DNA of 64,000 nucleotides. Origin: Hemiscyllium ocellatum (Eukaryota). A program made the translations under genes and the position numbers. This document shows, in pieces, positions 11,000 to 23,165 of the stretch (the first letter of the stretch is position 1; the number at the start of each line of letters is the position of its first letter). Location of the stretch: positions 16,230,789 through 16,294,788 of the forward strand of contig NC_083409.1 of NCBI RefSeq assembly GCF_020745735.1, written 5' to 3'. The notes below the pieces were generated by a model, which did not search any database, had not been told where the DNA came from, and worked only from the letters and a program-made list of their open reading frames with translations.

Positions 11000-13900
11000 A
11001 TAACTCCAGGAAAGGCAAGAGAGGTAGGCAAGTAGTCCAGGAGTCTTCTGTGGTTATTCCCATTTCAAACAAGTATGCTGTTTTGGAAAATGTAGGGGGT
11101 GATGGAAACTCAGGGGTACTTAGCATGAGCAGCCAAGTTTCTGGTATTGACACTGGCTCTAATGTAATGGGAGGTACGTCGGGTTCCAAACAATCGACTG
11201 TGTTAGGGGACTCTCTAGCCCGAGGTACAGACAGACATTTCAGTGGCCAGCAGTAAAAAATCAGAATTTAAAAAGGAGGTCCTCAAGAGTAGTAATATCT
11301 GAATTACTCCTGGTGCTATGAGCTAGTGAGGGCAGGAACAGGAGGATAGAGCAGATGAATGCATGGCTGAGGAGCTGGTGTATGGGAGAAGGATTCACAT
11401 TTTTGGATCTTTGGAAGCTGTTTTGAGGTAGAAGTAACCTGTACAAGAAGGACAGATTGCACCTAAATTGGAAGGGGACTAATATACTGGCAGGGAGATT
11501 TGCTAGAGCTGCTCAGGAGGATTTAAACTAGTAAGGTGGGCGGGTGGGACCCAGGGAGATAGTGAGGAAAGATTTCATCCTCAGATTGGTAAAGTTGAGA
11601 ACAAAGGCAAGTCAAACAGTCAGGGCAGGCGGGGACAAAGCAGAGAACAAGGTAAGACTGATAAATTAAACTGCATTTATTTCACTGCAAGAGGCCTAAC
11701 AGGGAAGGAAGATGAACATGGGGCGTGGTTAGGAACATGGGACTGGGATATCATAGCAATTACAGAAATATGGCTCAGGGATGGACAGGACTGACCGTTT
11801 AATGTTCTAGGATACAAATGCTACAGGAAGGACAGAAAGGGAGGCACAAGAGGAGGGAGAGTGGCATTTTTGATAAGGGATAGCATTACAGCTGTACTTA
11901 GGGAGGATATTCCCAGAAATACATCCAGGGAAGTTATTCGGATGGAACTGAGAAAAAAGAAGGGGATGATCACCTTGTTGGGATTATAATATAGCTCCCC
12001 TCCAGTAGTCAGCGGGAAATTGACAAACAAATTTGTAAGGAGATTTCAGTTATCAGTAAGAATAATGGGGTGGTTATAGGAGGGGATTTTAACTTTCCAA
12101 ACATAGACTGTGACTGCTATAGTGTGAAGGGTTTAGATGTAGAGGAATTTGTTAAGTGCGTACAATACAATTTTCTGATTCAGAATGTGGATGTACCGAC
12201 TAGAGAAGGTGCAAAGCTCAACCTTGGAAATAAGGCAGGGCAGGTGACTGAGGTGTCAGTGGAGGAGCACTTTTGGTCAGCGACCATAATTCTATTCATT
12301 TTAAAATAGTGAAGGAAAAGGATAGACCAGATCCAGAAGTTGGAGTTCTAAATTGGAGGAAGGCTAATTTTGCCAGTATTAGGCAAGAACTCTGAAAAGC
12401 TGATTGGGGGCAGTTGCTCGCAGGTCATGGGACAGCTGGAAAATAGGAAGCCTTCAGAAATGAGATAAATTGAGCCCAGAGATAGTATATTCTAGTTACG
12501 GTGAAAGGAAAGGCTGGTAGGTGTAGGGAATATTGGATGATGAGAGAAGTTGAGGGTTTGGTTGAGAAAAAGGATGAAGCATATGTCAGGTATAGACAGG
12601 ATAGATTGAGTGAATCCTTAGATGGATACAAAGGCAGTAGGAGTACACTTAAGATGGAAATCAGGAGGGCAACAACATGAGATAGCTTTGGCAAATAGGG
12701 TTAAGGAGAATACAGAGGGGTTTTATGAATACATTAAGGACAAGAGGGTAACTAAGGAGAGAATAGGGCCCCTCAAAGATCAGCAAGGCGACCTTTGTGT
12801 GGAGCCGCAGGAGATGGGGCAGATACCAAATGAGTATTTTGCTTCACTAACTGTGGAGAAGGATATTGAAGATATAGAATGCAGGGAAATAGATGGTGAT
12901 ATCTTGAAAAATGTTCATATTACAGATGAGGAGGTGCCAGATGTCTTTGAAATGCATAAATGTGGATAAATCCCCAAGACCTAATTAGGTATACCCTAGG
13001 ACTCTGTCGGAAGCTAGGGAAGTGATTGCTGGGCCTCTTACTGTGATATTTGTATCCTCAATAGTCACAAAAGATGTGCCAGAAGACTGGAGGTTCACTA
13101 ATTGGTGCCACTACTTAAGAAAGGTGGTAAGGAAAAGCCAGGGAACTGTAGACCAGTCAGCCAGACGTCAATTGTGAGGAAGTTATTGGAAGGAATCCTG
13201 AGGGACAGATTGTCCATAAATTTGGAAAGGCAAAGACTGATTAGGGATAGTCAGCATGGTTCTGTGCATGGGAAATCATGTCTCACAAACTTGATTGAGT
13301 TTTTTGAAGAAGTAACAGAAAGAATTGATGAGGGCAGAACGTTACACTGGATCTGTATGGACTTCAGTAAGACATTCAACAAGGTTCCCCATGGAAGATT
13401 GGTTAGCAAGGTTAGATCTCATGGAATACAGTTAGAACTAGCCATTTGGATACAGAACTGGCTCAAAGGTAGAAGACAGTGGGTGATGGTGGAGGGTTGT
13501 TTTTCAGACGGGACGTCTCTGACCAGTGGAGTGTCATAAGGATTGGTGCTGGGCAACTACTTTTTGTCATTTACATAAATGATTTGGATGTGAACATAGG
13601 AGGTAGAGTTAGTAAGTTTGCAAATGACACCAAAATTGGAGGTGTAGTGGACAGCGAAGAAAGTTACCTCAGATTACACCAGGATCTTGATCCGATGGGC
13701 CAATGGGCTGAGGAATTGCAGATGGAGTTTAATTTAGATAAATGCAAGGTGCTGCAGTTAGGAAAGCAAATCTTAGCAGGACTTATACACTTAATGGTCA
13801 GGTTCTCGGGAGTGTTGCTGAACAAAGAGACCTTGGAGTGCAGGTTCATATCTCTTTGAATGTAGAGTCGTAGGTAGGTAGGATAATGAAGACGACATTT

Positions 13901-14538
13901 GGTATGCTTTACTTTATTGATTAGAGAATTGAGTATGGGTGTTGGGAGGTCACCTAAACCACTTTTGGAGTATTGTGTTCAATTCTGATCTCCTTCCTAT
14001 CAGAAAGATGTTGTGAAACTAGAAAGGGTTCAGAAAAGATTTACAAGGATGTTACTAGGGTTGGAGGATTTAAGCTATACGGAGAAGTTAAATAGACTAG
14101 GGATGTTTTCCCTTGAGTGAGGTGTGACCTTACAGAGGTCCCTGCTGAGGGGTGACCTTACAGAGGTTTACAAAATCATGAGGGACATGGATTGGGCAAA
14201 GAGACCAAGTCTTTTCCCTGAGCTGGTGGAGTCCAGTAATAGAGGGCATGGGTTTAGGGTAAGAGGGGAAAGATATAAAAGAGACTTGAGAAGCAACTTT
14301 TTCACGCACAGAGTGGTGCAAGTGCAGAATGGGGCTGCCAGAGGAAGTGGTAGAGGCTGGTACAATTACAACATTTAAAAGGCATCTGAATGGGTATATC
14401 AATAGGAAGGGTTTGGAGGGATCTGGGCCAGGTGTTGGCAGGTGGGACTAGATTGGGTTGGGATGTCTGGTTGGCATGGACAAGTTGGACCTTAGGGTCT
14501 GTTTCCATGCTGTACATCTCTATGACTCTATGACTCTA
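11000..14538 (+). mobile_element. Long CR1 LINE (partial ORF1, APE, RT, 3' tail), disrupted
   Basis: ORFs 10954-11256 (VLGDSLARGTDR), 12070 (VIGGDFNFPNID), 13102-13539 (MDFSKTFNKVPHGRL), 13479 (KFANDTKIGG); tail CTATGACTCTATGACTCTA. Confidence 0.92.
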
Positions 14539-14674
14539 GAAGGAGGCTGTTCAGCCCCTTGTGTCAGTACTAGCTGTTTACTAACCTCACTCACAATGAA
14601 CATCTCCATTGAATTCTGGATGAGTGGTGCTGGAAGAGCACAGCCATTCAGCCAGCATCCGAGGAGCAGCGAAA

Positions 14675-14706
14675 TCGATGTTTCGGGCATAAGCCCTTCA
14701 TCAGGA
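14675..14706 (-). ncRNA. Minimal hammerhead ribozyme motif (one helix III mismatch)
   Basis: Minus strand CTGATGA-A-GGGC-TTAT-GCCC-GAAA-CATC. Confidence 0.6.
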
Positions 14707-15029
14707 ATAAAGGCAGTGAGCCTGTAGCGTGGAGAGATAAGCTAGAGGAGGGTGGGGGTGGGGAGAAAGTAGCATAGAGTACAAGCAAATGTGTCTGTGG
14801 TAGCGAGTTTGTTTCATGAAATGTTTGAAGAGCTTCAGGGCAGAGGAAATGACCTGGGAGTTGCAGTGGGAGAGGGACTCCCTGAGATTATTGTAGAGAG
14901 AAGCTCTTCAACCATGTCATGAAACAAACTCGCTCCCACAGCCACATTTGCCTGTACTCTATGCTACTTTCTCCCCACCCCCACCCTCCTCTAGCTTATC
15001 TCTCCACACTTCAGGCTCACTGCCTTTAT

Positions 15030-15061
15030 TCCTGATGAAGGGCTTTAGCCCGAAACGTCGA
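15030..15061 (+). ncRNA. Minimal hammerhead ribozyme motif
   Basis: CTGATGA 15032-15038, extra A, GGGC-TTTA-GCCC, GAAA 15052-15055, CGTC; helix I only about 2 bp. Confidence 0.7.
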
Positions 15062-15949
15062 TTTCGCTGCTCCTCGGATGCCGCCTGAACTGCTGTGCTC
15101 TTCCAGCACCATTAATCCAGAATCTGGTTTCCTGCATCTGCAGACATTGTTTTTATCTCTGTTGAATGTCTATTGTTGGGAAGTAATTAAATCTGTTTAG
15201 AGACAGAATGTCCGACAAATGTGAACAGATCAGAGTAAGTCAGCATGGATTAAAAAGGGTCAGACTTCTTTAACTAACCTGGTTACATGTTTTAACGAGG
15301 TCACTAATGTGTGAGATAAGGGAATGTGTTGTTTATATGGACGTCCAGATGACATTCAAGGAAGTTCTGCACAAGTGTTATAATGTTATCGTTGGAACAA
15401 AGAGATGACAGATAAACATATTCTGGATCTTTCTGCACAAATGAATTCTCAAATAAATCTCAGACACGTTGGTGAACTTGGGGTTTTATCAGAGGAAGGA
15501 GCTGAAGGAAGTCAGTTGTTGGAGAAAAATGGTTCTGGGAAAATTAGAATGTCTTAAATCAGCAGGGCCAAATAATCTATTTTCAGGAGTGCTTCAGGAA
15601 GTGGTTGTAAAATATGAGAAACATTGATGGTTATCTGTTTGTCGACTGTGGAATAGGTCCTACAAAATGGAGGGAGTTAATTTAACACGCCTATTGAAAG
15701 AGAGAGAGAGAGAGGGAAAATAAGAAATTTTAGACCAATTAGCCAGAAGTCAGCAGTGGAGAAAATGCTTAAGTTCATTATAAAATATTTTATAGCTTAG
15801 CACTTTGAAAACAGTGGCAGAACTGGACAGAGTCGGCATGAATTGTCGAAAGGGAAATCATGCTTAAAAAATCGACTGGAATTGTTTGAGGATATAGTGA
15901 GTGGATTTGATAAGGGGGGGCCCATGGATATGGTTTGTTTGGACTTTGT

Positions 15950-18900
15950 AAGGGGAATAGATCGGCGGTTCTGTGGTCAAAAACAAGACTCACGAATAGC
16001 ATGTTGCCTCCCAGTTGTACGACTCAGGCATGTCTCAGATCGGCTGCAGGACATTCTGAAGGGGTGGGTGAACAGCTAGCTGTGATGGTGCATGAAGGGA
16101 CTGATGATATCGTAATAAATGGAATGGGGTCCTACAAGCAGAATTTATGGAGTGAGGAACCATATTAAAATGTAGGATCTCAGAGGTAGTAATCTCAGGA
16201 TTGCTCCCAGTGCCATGTGCTAGTCAGAGTCGAAATGAAAATATAGGCAGGATGAATGTGTGGCTTGAGAGATGGTGCAGGAGGGAGGGGTTCAGGTTTT
16301 TGGGACATTGGGACTGGTTCCTGGGGAGGTGGGACAATTACAAATCGAGTGGTCTACACCTGGGCAGGACTGGAACCAGTGTCCTGAGGGATGTGTTTGA
16401 TCACACTCTTGGGGAGGGTTCAAAATAGTGTAGCAGAGGGATGGGAACCAAATGAGGAGGTTAGTGGGCAATAAGGAGGGAGTAACTAAAGCCTGTCAGG
16501 AACTAGATATTGAAGTCAGCGTGACTAAGGTTAAGAGTAGGTAGGGAGCAGATGATGAATGCAAAGGGACAGATGGTCTGAGATGCATTTGTTTTAATGT
16601 GAGAAGTGTAGTAGGTAAGGCAGAGGAATTTAGGGCTTGGACTAGTATCTGGGAGTATGATGTTATTGCTATTACTGAGACGTGGTTGAGGGAATGGCAA
16701 GATTGTTAACTAAATATCCCAGGATACAGATGTATCAGATGCGTTCGAGAGGGAAGTAAAAGGGATGGAGGAGTTGCATTACTGGTCAGAGTGGATATCA
16801 CAGGTGTGGTGAAGGAGGGCACTATGGAGGACTCGAGCAGTGGGGCAATATGGGCAGAGGTCAGAAACAGGAAGGGTGCAGTAACAATGTTGGTGCTATC
16901 CTACAAGCCTCCTAACAGTGAACGTGAGATAGAGGTACAAATATGTAAACAGATTATGGAAAGATGTAGGAGTAACAAGGTGGTGGTGATGGAAGATTTT
17001 AATTTTCCCAACATTGACTGGGATTCACTTCATGTTAGAAGTTAAAATGGAGCAGAATTTGTAAGAAGCATCCAGGAGGATTTCACAGAGTAATGTGGAA
17101 GTAGTCTAACTTAGGAAGGGGCCATACTGGGCTGGTGTTGGGGAATGAGCCCGGCCAGGTGATTGAAATTTCAGTCGGGGATTACTTTGGAAGAGTGATC
17201 ACAATTCCATACGTTTTAGAATGCTCATGGACAAAGATGAGAGTGGTCCTAAAGGAAGAGGGCTAAAGTGGAGGAAGGCCAACTATCCCAAAATTTGGAA
17301 GGAGCTGGGGAATGTGGATTGGGAGCAGCTGTTTAAAGGGAAATCCACATTTGATATGTGGGTGGCTTTTAAAGAGAGGTTGACTAGAGTCAGGACAGAC
17401 ATGTCCCTGTGAAAATAAAGGATTGAAATGGCAGAATTAGGGAACGCTGGATGTCAGATGAATTTGTGAGATTAGCTAAGAGGAAAAAGGATGCATACAT
17501 AAGGTCTAAGTGGCTGAAAACAGACAAAGCTTTGGAAGAATATCGTGAAAGTAGGACCAATCTGAAGTGAGGAATTAAAAGGGCTAAAGGGGTCACAAAA
17601 TATCATGAAGGAAAATCCCAAATCCTTTTATTCATACATAAGGAGCAAGTGGGTGACTAGAGAAAGGGCTGGCCCACTCAAGGACAAAGGAGGAAAGATA
17701 TGTGTGGAGTCAGAAAATGGATGAGATTCTTAATGAGTGCTTTATGTCGGTATTCACCAAGGAGAGGGAAATGACAGATGTTGAAGTTGGGGATAGGTGT
17801 TTGATTACTCGAGGGCAAGTCGATTTAAGTAGGGAGGAAGTGTTGGGTATTTTAAAAGGCATCAAGGTGGACAAGTCCCCAGGTCAGGATGGGATCGATC
17901 CCAGCTTACTGAGGGAAGCAAGAGAGGAAATAGCTGGGGCCTTAATCGATATCTTTGTAGCAACCCTGAACATGGATGAGGGTCCCAGAGGACTGGAGAA
18001 TTGCTAACGTTTAAGAAGGGTAGCCAGGATAATCCAGGTAACTATCACCCAGTGAGCCTGATGTAGTGGTAGGGAAGCTGCTGGAGAAGATACTGAGGGA
18101 TAAGATCTATTTACTTTTGGAAGAAAATTGACTTATCAGTTATAGGCAGCATGAAGTTGTGCAGGGAATGTCGTGTCTTACCAACTTTGTAGATTTTTTT
18201 GAAGAACTGATGAAGTTGATTGAGGAGGGATGGGCTGTGGATGTCATACGCATGGACTTCAGTAAGGTGTTTGATAAAGTTCCCCATGCTAGCCTGATAA
18301 AGAAATTTAAGTCGCATGGGGTCCAGAGTGTACTCACTAGATGGGTAGTGAACAGGTTGGGCAACAGAAGACAGACAGTAGTGGTGGGAGTACTTTCTCA
18401 AAATGGAGAACAGGAATCCGTGCTGGTACCGCTCTTGTTTTTGATCTACATAAATGATCTGGAGGAAGGTATAGGTGGTCTGATTAGCAAGTTTGCAGAT
18501 GACACTAAGATTGGTGGAGTAGCAGATAGTGAAGGGGACTGTCAGAGAATGCAGCAGAATATAGATAGATTGGAGAGTTGGGCAGAGAAACGGATGGATG
18601 GAGTTCAAGCCAGGCAAATGCAGTCTGATGAATTTTGGAAGATCCAAATCTGGAGTAAACTGTACGGTGAATGGAACACCCTGGGAAAATTGATGCCCAG
18701 AGCGACCTGGGTGTTCAGGTCCATTGTACCCTGGAGGTGACAACACAGGTCGACAGAGTGGTCAAGAAGGCATCTTCCTTCACCAGACGTGGTATTCAGT
18801 ACAAGAGTTGGAAGGTCATATTAGAATTATATCAGACTTTGGCTTGGCCACATTTGGAATACTGCGTACAGTTCTGGTTGCCACATTACCAGAAAGATGT

Positions 18901-19404
18901 GGATGCTTTGGAGAGGGTGTAGAGGAGGTTCACCAGGATTGCCTGGTATGGAGGGCACTAGCTATGAAGAGAGGCTTAGTAGATTAGGATTATTTTCATT
19001 AGAAAGTCAAATGTTGAGGGGGGACCAGATTGGGGTCTACAAAATCATGAGAGATATAGACAGGGTGGATAGCAAGAAGCTTTTTCCCAGAGTGGGGGAC
19101 TCAATTACTCTGGGGTCATGAGTTCAAGGTGAGAGTGGAAATATTTAAGGGAGATATGTATGGAAAGTTCTTCACACAGAGGGTGATTGGTCCTGGAACA
19201 CGTTGCCAGTGGAGGTGGTAGAGGCAGGCACAATAGCATCATTTAAGATATATCTAGATAGATACATGGATGGGCAGGGAGCAAAGGGAGACAGACCCTT
19301 GGAAAATTGATGACAGGTTTAGATGGAGGATATGGACCAGTGCAGGCTAGTAGGGCCGAAGGGCCAGTTCCTGTGCTGTAATTTTCGTTGCTCTTTGTTC
19401 TTTG
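15950..19404 (+). mobile_element. Long CR1 LINE (ORF1 esterase-like part, APE, RT, 3' tail), disrupted
   Basis: ORFs 16201 (NVWLERWCRREGFRFLGHWD), 16791 (VVVMEDFNFPNIDWD), 18159 (MDFSKVFDKVPH; KFADDTKIGG). Confidence 0.92.
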
Positions 19405-20690
19405 AACTGAGGAAGCTCAAAGGAACAGAGTGATCTTGGGGTGCTTCTCCACTGATCCCTGAATATGGCAAGACAGGTTAACAGAGCAGTTATGAAGGCA
19501 TAGGGGACACTTGCCTTTGTCATTTCAGGTATTGGTTATAAAAGCAGGAGGATATGGTGCAGTTAAGCAGAACATTGGTTAGGCCACAGCTGGAGTACTG
19601 TGTGCAGTTCAGGTCACCACACTGTAGGAAGGAGGTGATTGCACTGGATGGGGTGCAGAGGGGAATCACCAGGATGTTGTGTGGGATGGAACCTCTCAGT
19701 GATGAAGAGAAATTGGATCAGCTCGGGTTGTTTTCTTCAGAGCAGAGAAGGTGGAGGGGGGCCCTGATAGAGGTGTATAAGGTTATGAGGGGAATGGACA
19801 GGGAGGAGAGAAAGCAGCTGTTCTCCTTCTTGGGAGGGTCAATAACAAGTTGACTCACATTCAATGTGAAAGCTAGGAGGCTTCAAGATGTTTTAAGGAA
19901 AATGTTTTTCATCCAGAGGTTGGTGTGCATCTGGAATGCACAGCCAGAGAGGGGAGTTGAGGTGGGAAACCTCACAAAGTTTAAAATGTACTTGGGTGAG
20001 CAGTTGAAATGTCATAACATTCAAGCTGTGGGCCTCATGTTGGAAAGTGGGACTGGTATAGGTTTAGTGTAGTGTGGCTGGTACACAGTTAATGAACTGA
20101 AGGGCCTCCTCTGTACTGTGTGATTTTATGATTCTGTCGTGGGTAGTTTCAGGCTCCTTAACTGAGGAAGGATGTTCTGGCTGTGGGGGGAGGGCAGTGA
20201 AGGTTTACCAGACTGATTCCTGGGAGGACAGCACTTAGATCTGATGAGAAACTGGATCAGTTAGGATTATATTCATTGGCACTTAGAAGATTGAAAGGAA
20301 TCATATTGTAACCTTGAAAATCCGAACAGGACAAGACTAGAACAACACAGGGAGGATGTTCCTGATGACTGGGGAATCCAAAACTACGAATTATGGTTTA
20401 AAGAAAAGGGAAAGGTTATTTCAGACTGAGCTGAGGAGACATTTCTTTAGCCAGAGACTGGGAAACTCGTGGAATATTCTATCACAGAAAGCAGTTGAGA
20501 CCAAAACATTCAATATTTTCAAGAGAGGATAAGTATTTTCTTAGGACTAAAGGGGATAAATTTTATGGAGAAAAAATGGGAGCAGGGGACTAAGTTGGAT
20601 GATCAGCCGTAGTCATATTGAATGGCAGAGCCAACTCGAAGGGCTGAATGGCTTCCTCTTGCTCCTAGTTCCTTTGTTTCTATGTTTGTT
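19405..20690 (+). mobile_element. Two further CR1 3'-end fragments
   Basis: ORF 19554 (LVRPQLEYCVQF); tails ending near 20135 and 20690. Confidence 0.8.
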
Positions 20691-20699
20691 CATAAACAT

Positions 20700-21590
20700 G
20701 GAAACATATGGAATTATAGAGTCTTAGAGCCATCGAGTCCTACAGCACAGAGACAGGCCCTTTGGCCCAAACTGGACCGTGCTGACCAAAATTTCCATCC
20801 ATGCTAACCCCATTTCCCTGCACTTGGCCCATATCCTTCAAATGTTTTCCTATCTATGTATTTGTCCAAATGTCTTTTAAATGTTGTTAATGTATCCACC
20901 TCAATCACTTCAGCTGGCATTTCATTCCACATGCGTGCCACCCTCTGTGTAAAAATGTTGCCCCTCAGGTTCCCTTTTATTCATTTCTCTCTAACACTAA
21001 ACTGATGCCCTCTCATCCTCGATTCTCCAAACCTATCCATGTCTCTCATGATCTTATACACTTCTAAAGGTTTCCCAACCAGTCTCCTACACTCTAAGAA
21101 AAAAGTCCTAACTTGCCTAACTTCTCCCTATATGTTGAGTCCAGGCAACATCCTTGTAAATTTCTTCTGTACTCTTTCTGGTTTAGTAATATCCTTCCTA
21201 TAACAAGGTGACCAAACTGAATACAATATTCCAAGTGCGACCTCACTGACATCCTGTACAAGATTAGAGATTAGATTCCCTCCAGTGTGGAAACAGGTCT
21301 TCGGTCCAACCAATCCACACCGACCCTCTGAAGAGTAACCCACCTAGACCCATTTCCCACTGACTAATGTACCTAAGACTATGGCCAATTTAACATGGCC
21401 AATTCACCTGACCTGCACATCAAACTTACTAATCATGCCTTACAGTTTCTCATCCAAATCATTAATATTGATAACAAACAGTAATGGGGCCAGCACTGAG
21501 CCCTGAGGCACTCCACTCAACACAGGCCTCCAGTCTGACAAGCATCCTTCCAATATTACCTCTGCTTCCTATCATCAAGACAGTGATAGA
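20700..21590 (-). mobile_element. CR1 3' fragments plus partial HE1-type SINE tail (21261-21420)
   Basis: Reverse-complement CR1 tail and RT-end motifs. Confidence 0.75.
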
Positions 21591-22482
21591 AAAGTATTTG
21601 TCTTTGGTTAGGAATTAGTTTGGAGGTAGGAGACAGAGAAGAGGGATAATGCTGACCAATAAACAAGATGTGAATAGTGGTGTCCCTAGGGATTTGTGCA
21701 GGGGCCTCAGTATTTCACGATATTTCTCAATGACTTGGATGAAGGAATAGAGAGCCAATTATCCAAGATTGCTGACCACACGGAGTGAGGCAGCTTGGAG
21801 GAGGTTACAGAGATAGGGAGAGTGGAGGGCAGAGAGGGATTTGAGAACAAGGATGAGAATTTAAAAATCGAGGTGTTGCTCGACCAGGAGCCAATATAGG
21901 CACGGGGTGCAGGGGGTTGTGGGAACGGGACTTGGTGCAAGTTTGGATACGGGCTGCAGAATTTTGGATGAGCTGAAGGATACGGAGGGCAGTGGCTGTG
22001 ATGTGCATCAGCCATTGGAATGGTCATGTTTGGAGCCCCATAAACATGGCTGAGATTTTCAGTGGCTGATCTTTGTGATATGGAAGATATGGGGCTTAGA
22101 TCATTCTCAAACATGAGACCCAGTTTGTAAAGAGTCTGGTTGAGCAGCAGACAGTGCTCAGGGAGAGGGATGGAGTTTATACCAGAATCTGAAGAGGATG
22201 GCTTTGACCTTCCCAATATGTTTCACAGTGACCCTGGCACCTCAGTCCTGACTGCTCTTAGCTGCTGTGATTGTCACTGATTAGACACTTATTATTAGAG
22301 ATTCTGACCACAGCAGAAAGCCCCAGTGTAAAAAATAACTGCAAAGGCTGTCAGATCGCAAGGTTGAAACTTCACCAAAAGAGGAAGTGAAAGAAGGAGC
22401 TCAGAGCAGCTGGGTGTTTGTTACTGAGACGGGAGAAAACTGTGAACTGTCTGCACTCCCTGGAATCTGACAGCACAGGAGG
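21588..22482 (+). repeat. Inverted segmental duplicate of 2351-3275 (copy B)
   Basis: Aligns to the reverse complement of 2351-3275. Confidence 0.9.
22240..22482 (+). promoter_or_regulatory. Candidate B-cell (Ig kappa) enhancer block, copy B
   Basis: TTATTATTAG (MEF2 consensus) 22289-22298, GACCACA (RUNX) 22306-22312, AAAAGAGGAAGTGAAA (PU.1/IRF EICE) 22377-22392, CAGCTG 22407-22412; all retained in copy A. Confidence 0.55.
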
Positions 22483-22639
22483 CTGGTTCTAGGATTTATT
22501 TTTTGCAGAAACAGCACAGTTTTGGAAAAGGTGTCAGTCACTCTCTCACAAACACACACGCCTGCACTCGGAGATCAGAAACAGAATCCAGCAGCAGCTC
22601 TGTCTCCAAGCTGTGAAACCTGCACAGAATTGTTCCCTC

Positions 22640-23165
22640 ATTCAGTTTATAACTGGCAGGATAGACCAAGCAGGGAAGGCAACACAGTGGTGTGTACAGT
22701 CGGAAGGGAGTTGCCCTGAGAGTCCTCACCATTAACTATGGAACCCATGAAGCCTCATGACAGCAGGTCAAACATGGGGAAGGAAACCTCCTGCTGATTA
22801 TCACATAGCACCGCCCTCCCCTCCAACCTCAACTGAGCAGTCAGTCCTCCTCCATGTTGAACAACACTTGGAGGAAGCACTGAGGATGGGAATGATGCAG
22901 GATATACCCTGAGTAAGGGACTTCAAAGTCCACCATCAAAAGCTGCTCAGAAGCATCACTACTGAGCAAACTGGTCACGCTCCACCTGATTCAGCTGCGA
23001 GACTGGACCTGGGGCAGGTGGTGAGGGAACCGACAAGAGGGAAAAACATACTCACTATCACCTTCACCAATCTGCCTGCTGCTGGTGTATCTGTCCATGA
23101 CAGTATCAGTAAGAGTGACCACAGCACAGACCGTGTGGAGACAAAATCCTGTCTTCCCTTTGAGA
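22640..23165 (+). mobile_element. L2/CR1-group LINE APE fragment
   Basis: VREPTRGKNIL..ISKSDH; homologous to 290-760. Confidence 0.8.

Larger units (their letters stand above)
14615..15154. mobile_element. Palindromic PLE insertion: two pLTRs in inverted orientation
   Basis: ~220-bp arms (14615-14836 / 14900-15122), 63-bp spacer; 13-bp TSD ATCTC(CA/TG)TTGAAT at 14602-14614 and 15155-15167. Confidence 0.88.

Noticed and set aside
18111-18746. 211-aa minus-strand ORF
   Set aside because: Antisense to a CR1 RT
22224-22230. CACAGTG heptamer next to the conserved block
   Set aside because: No nonamer, and not conserved in the paralogous copy
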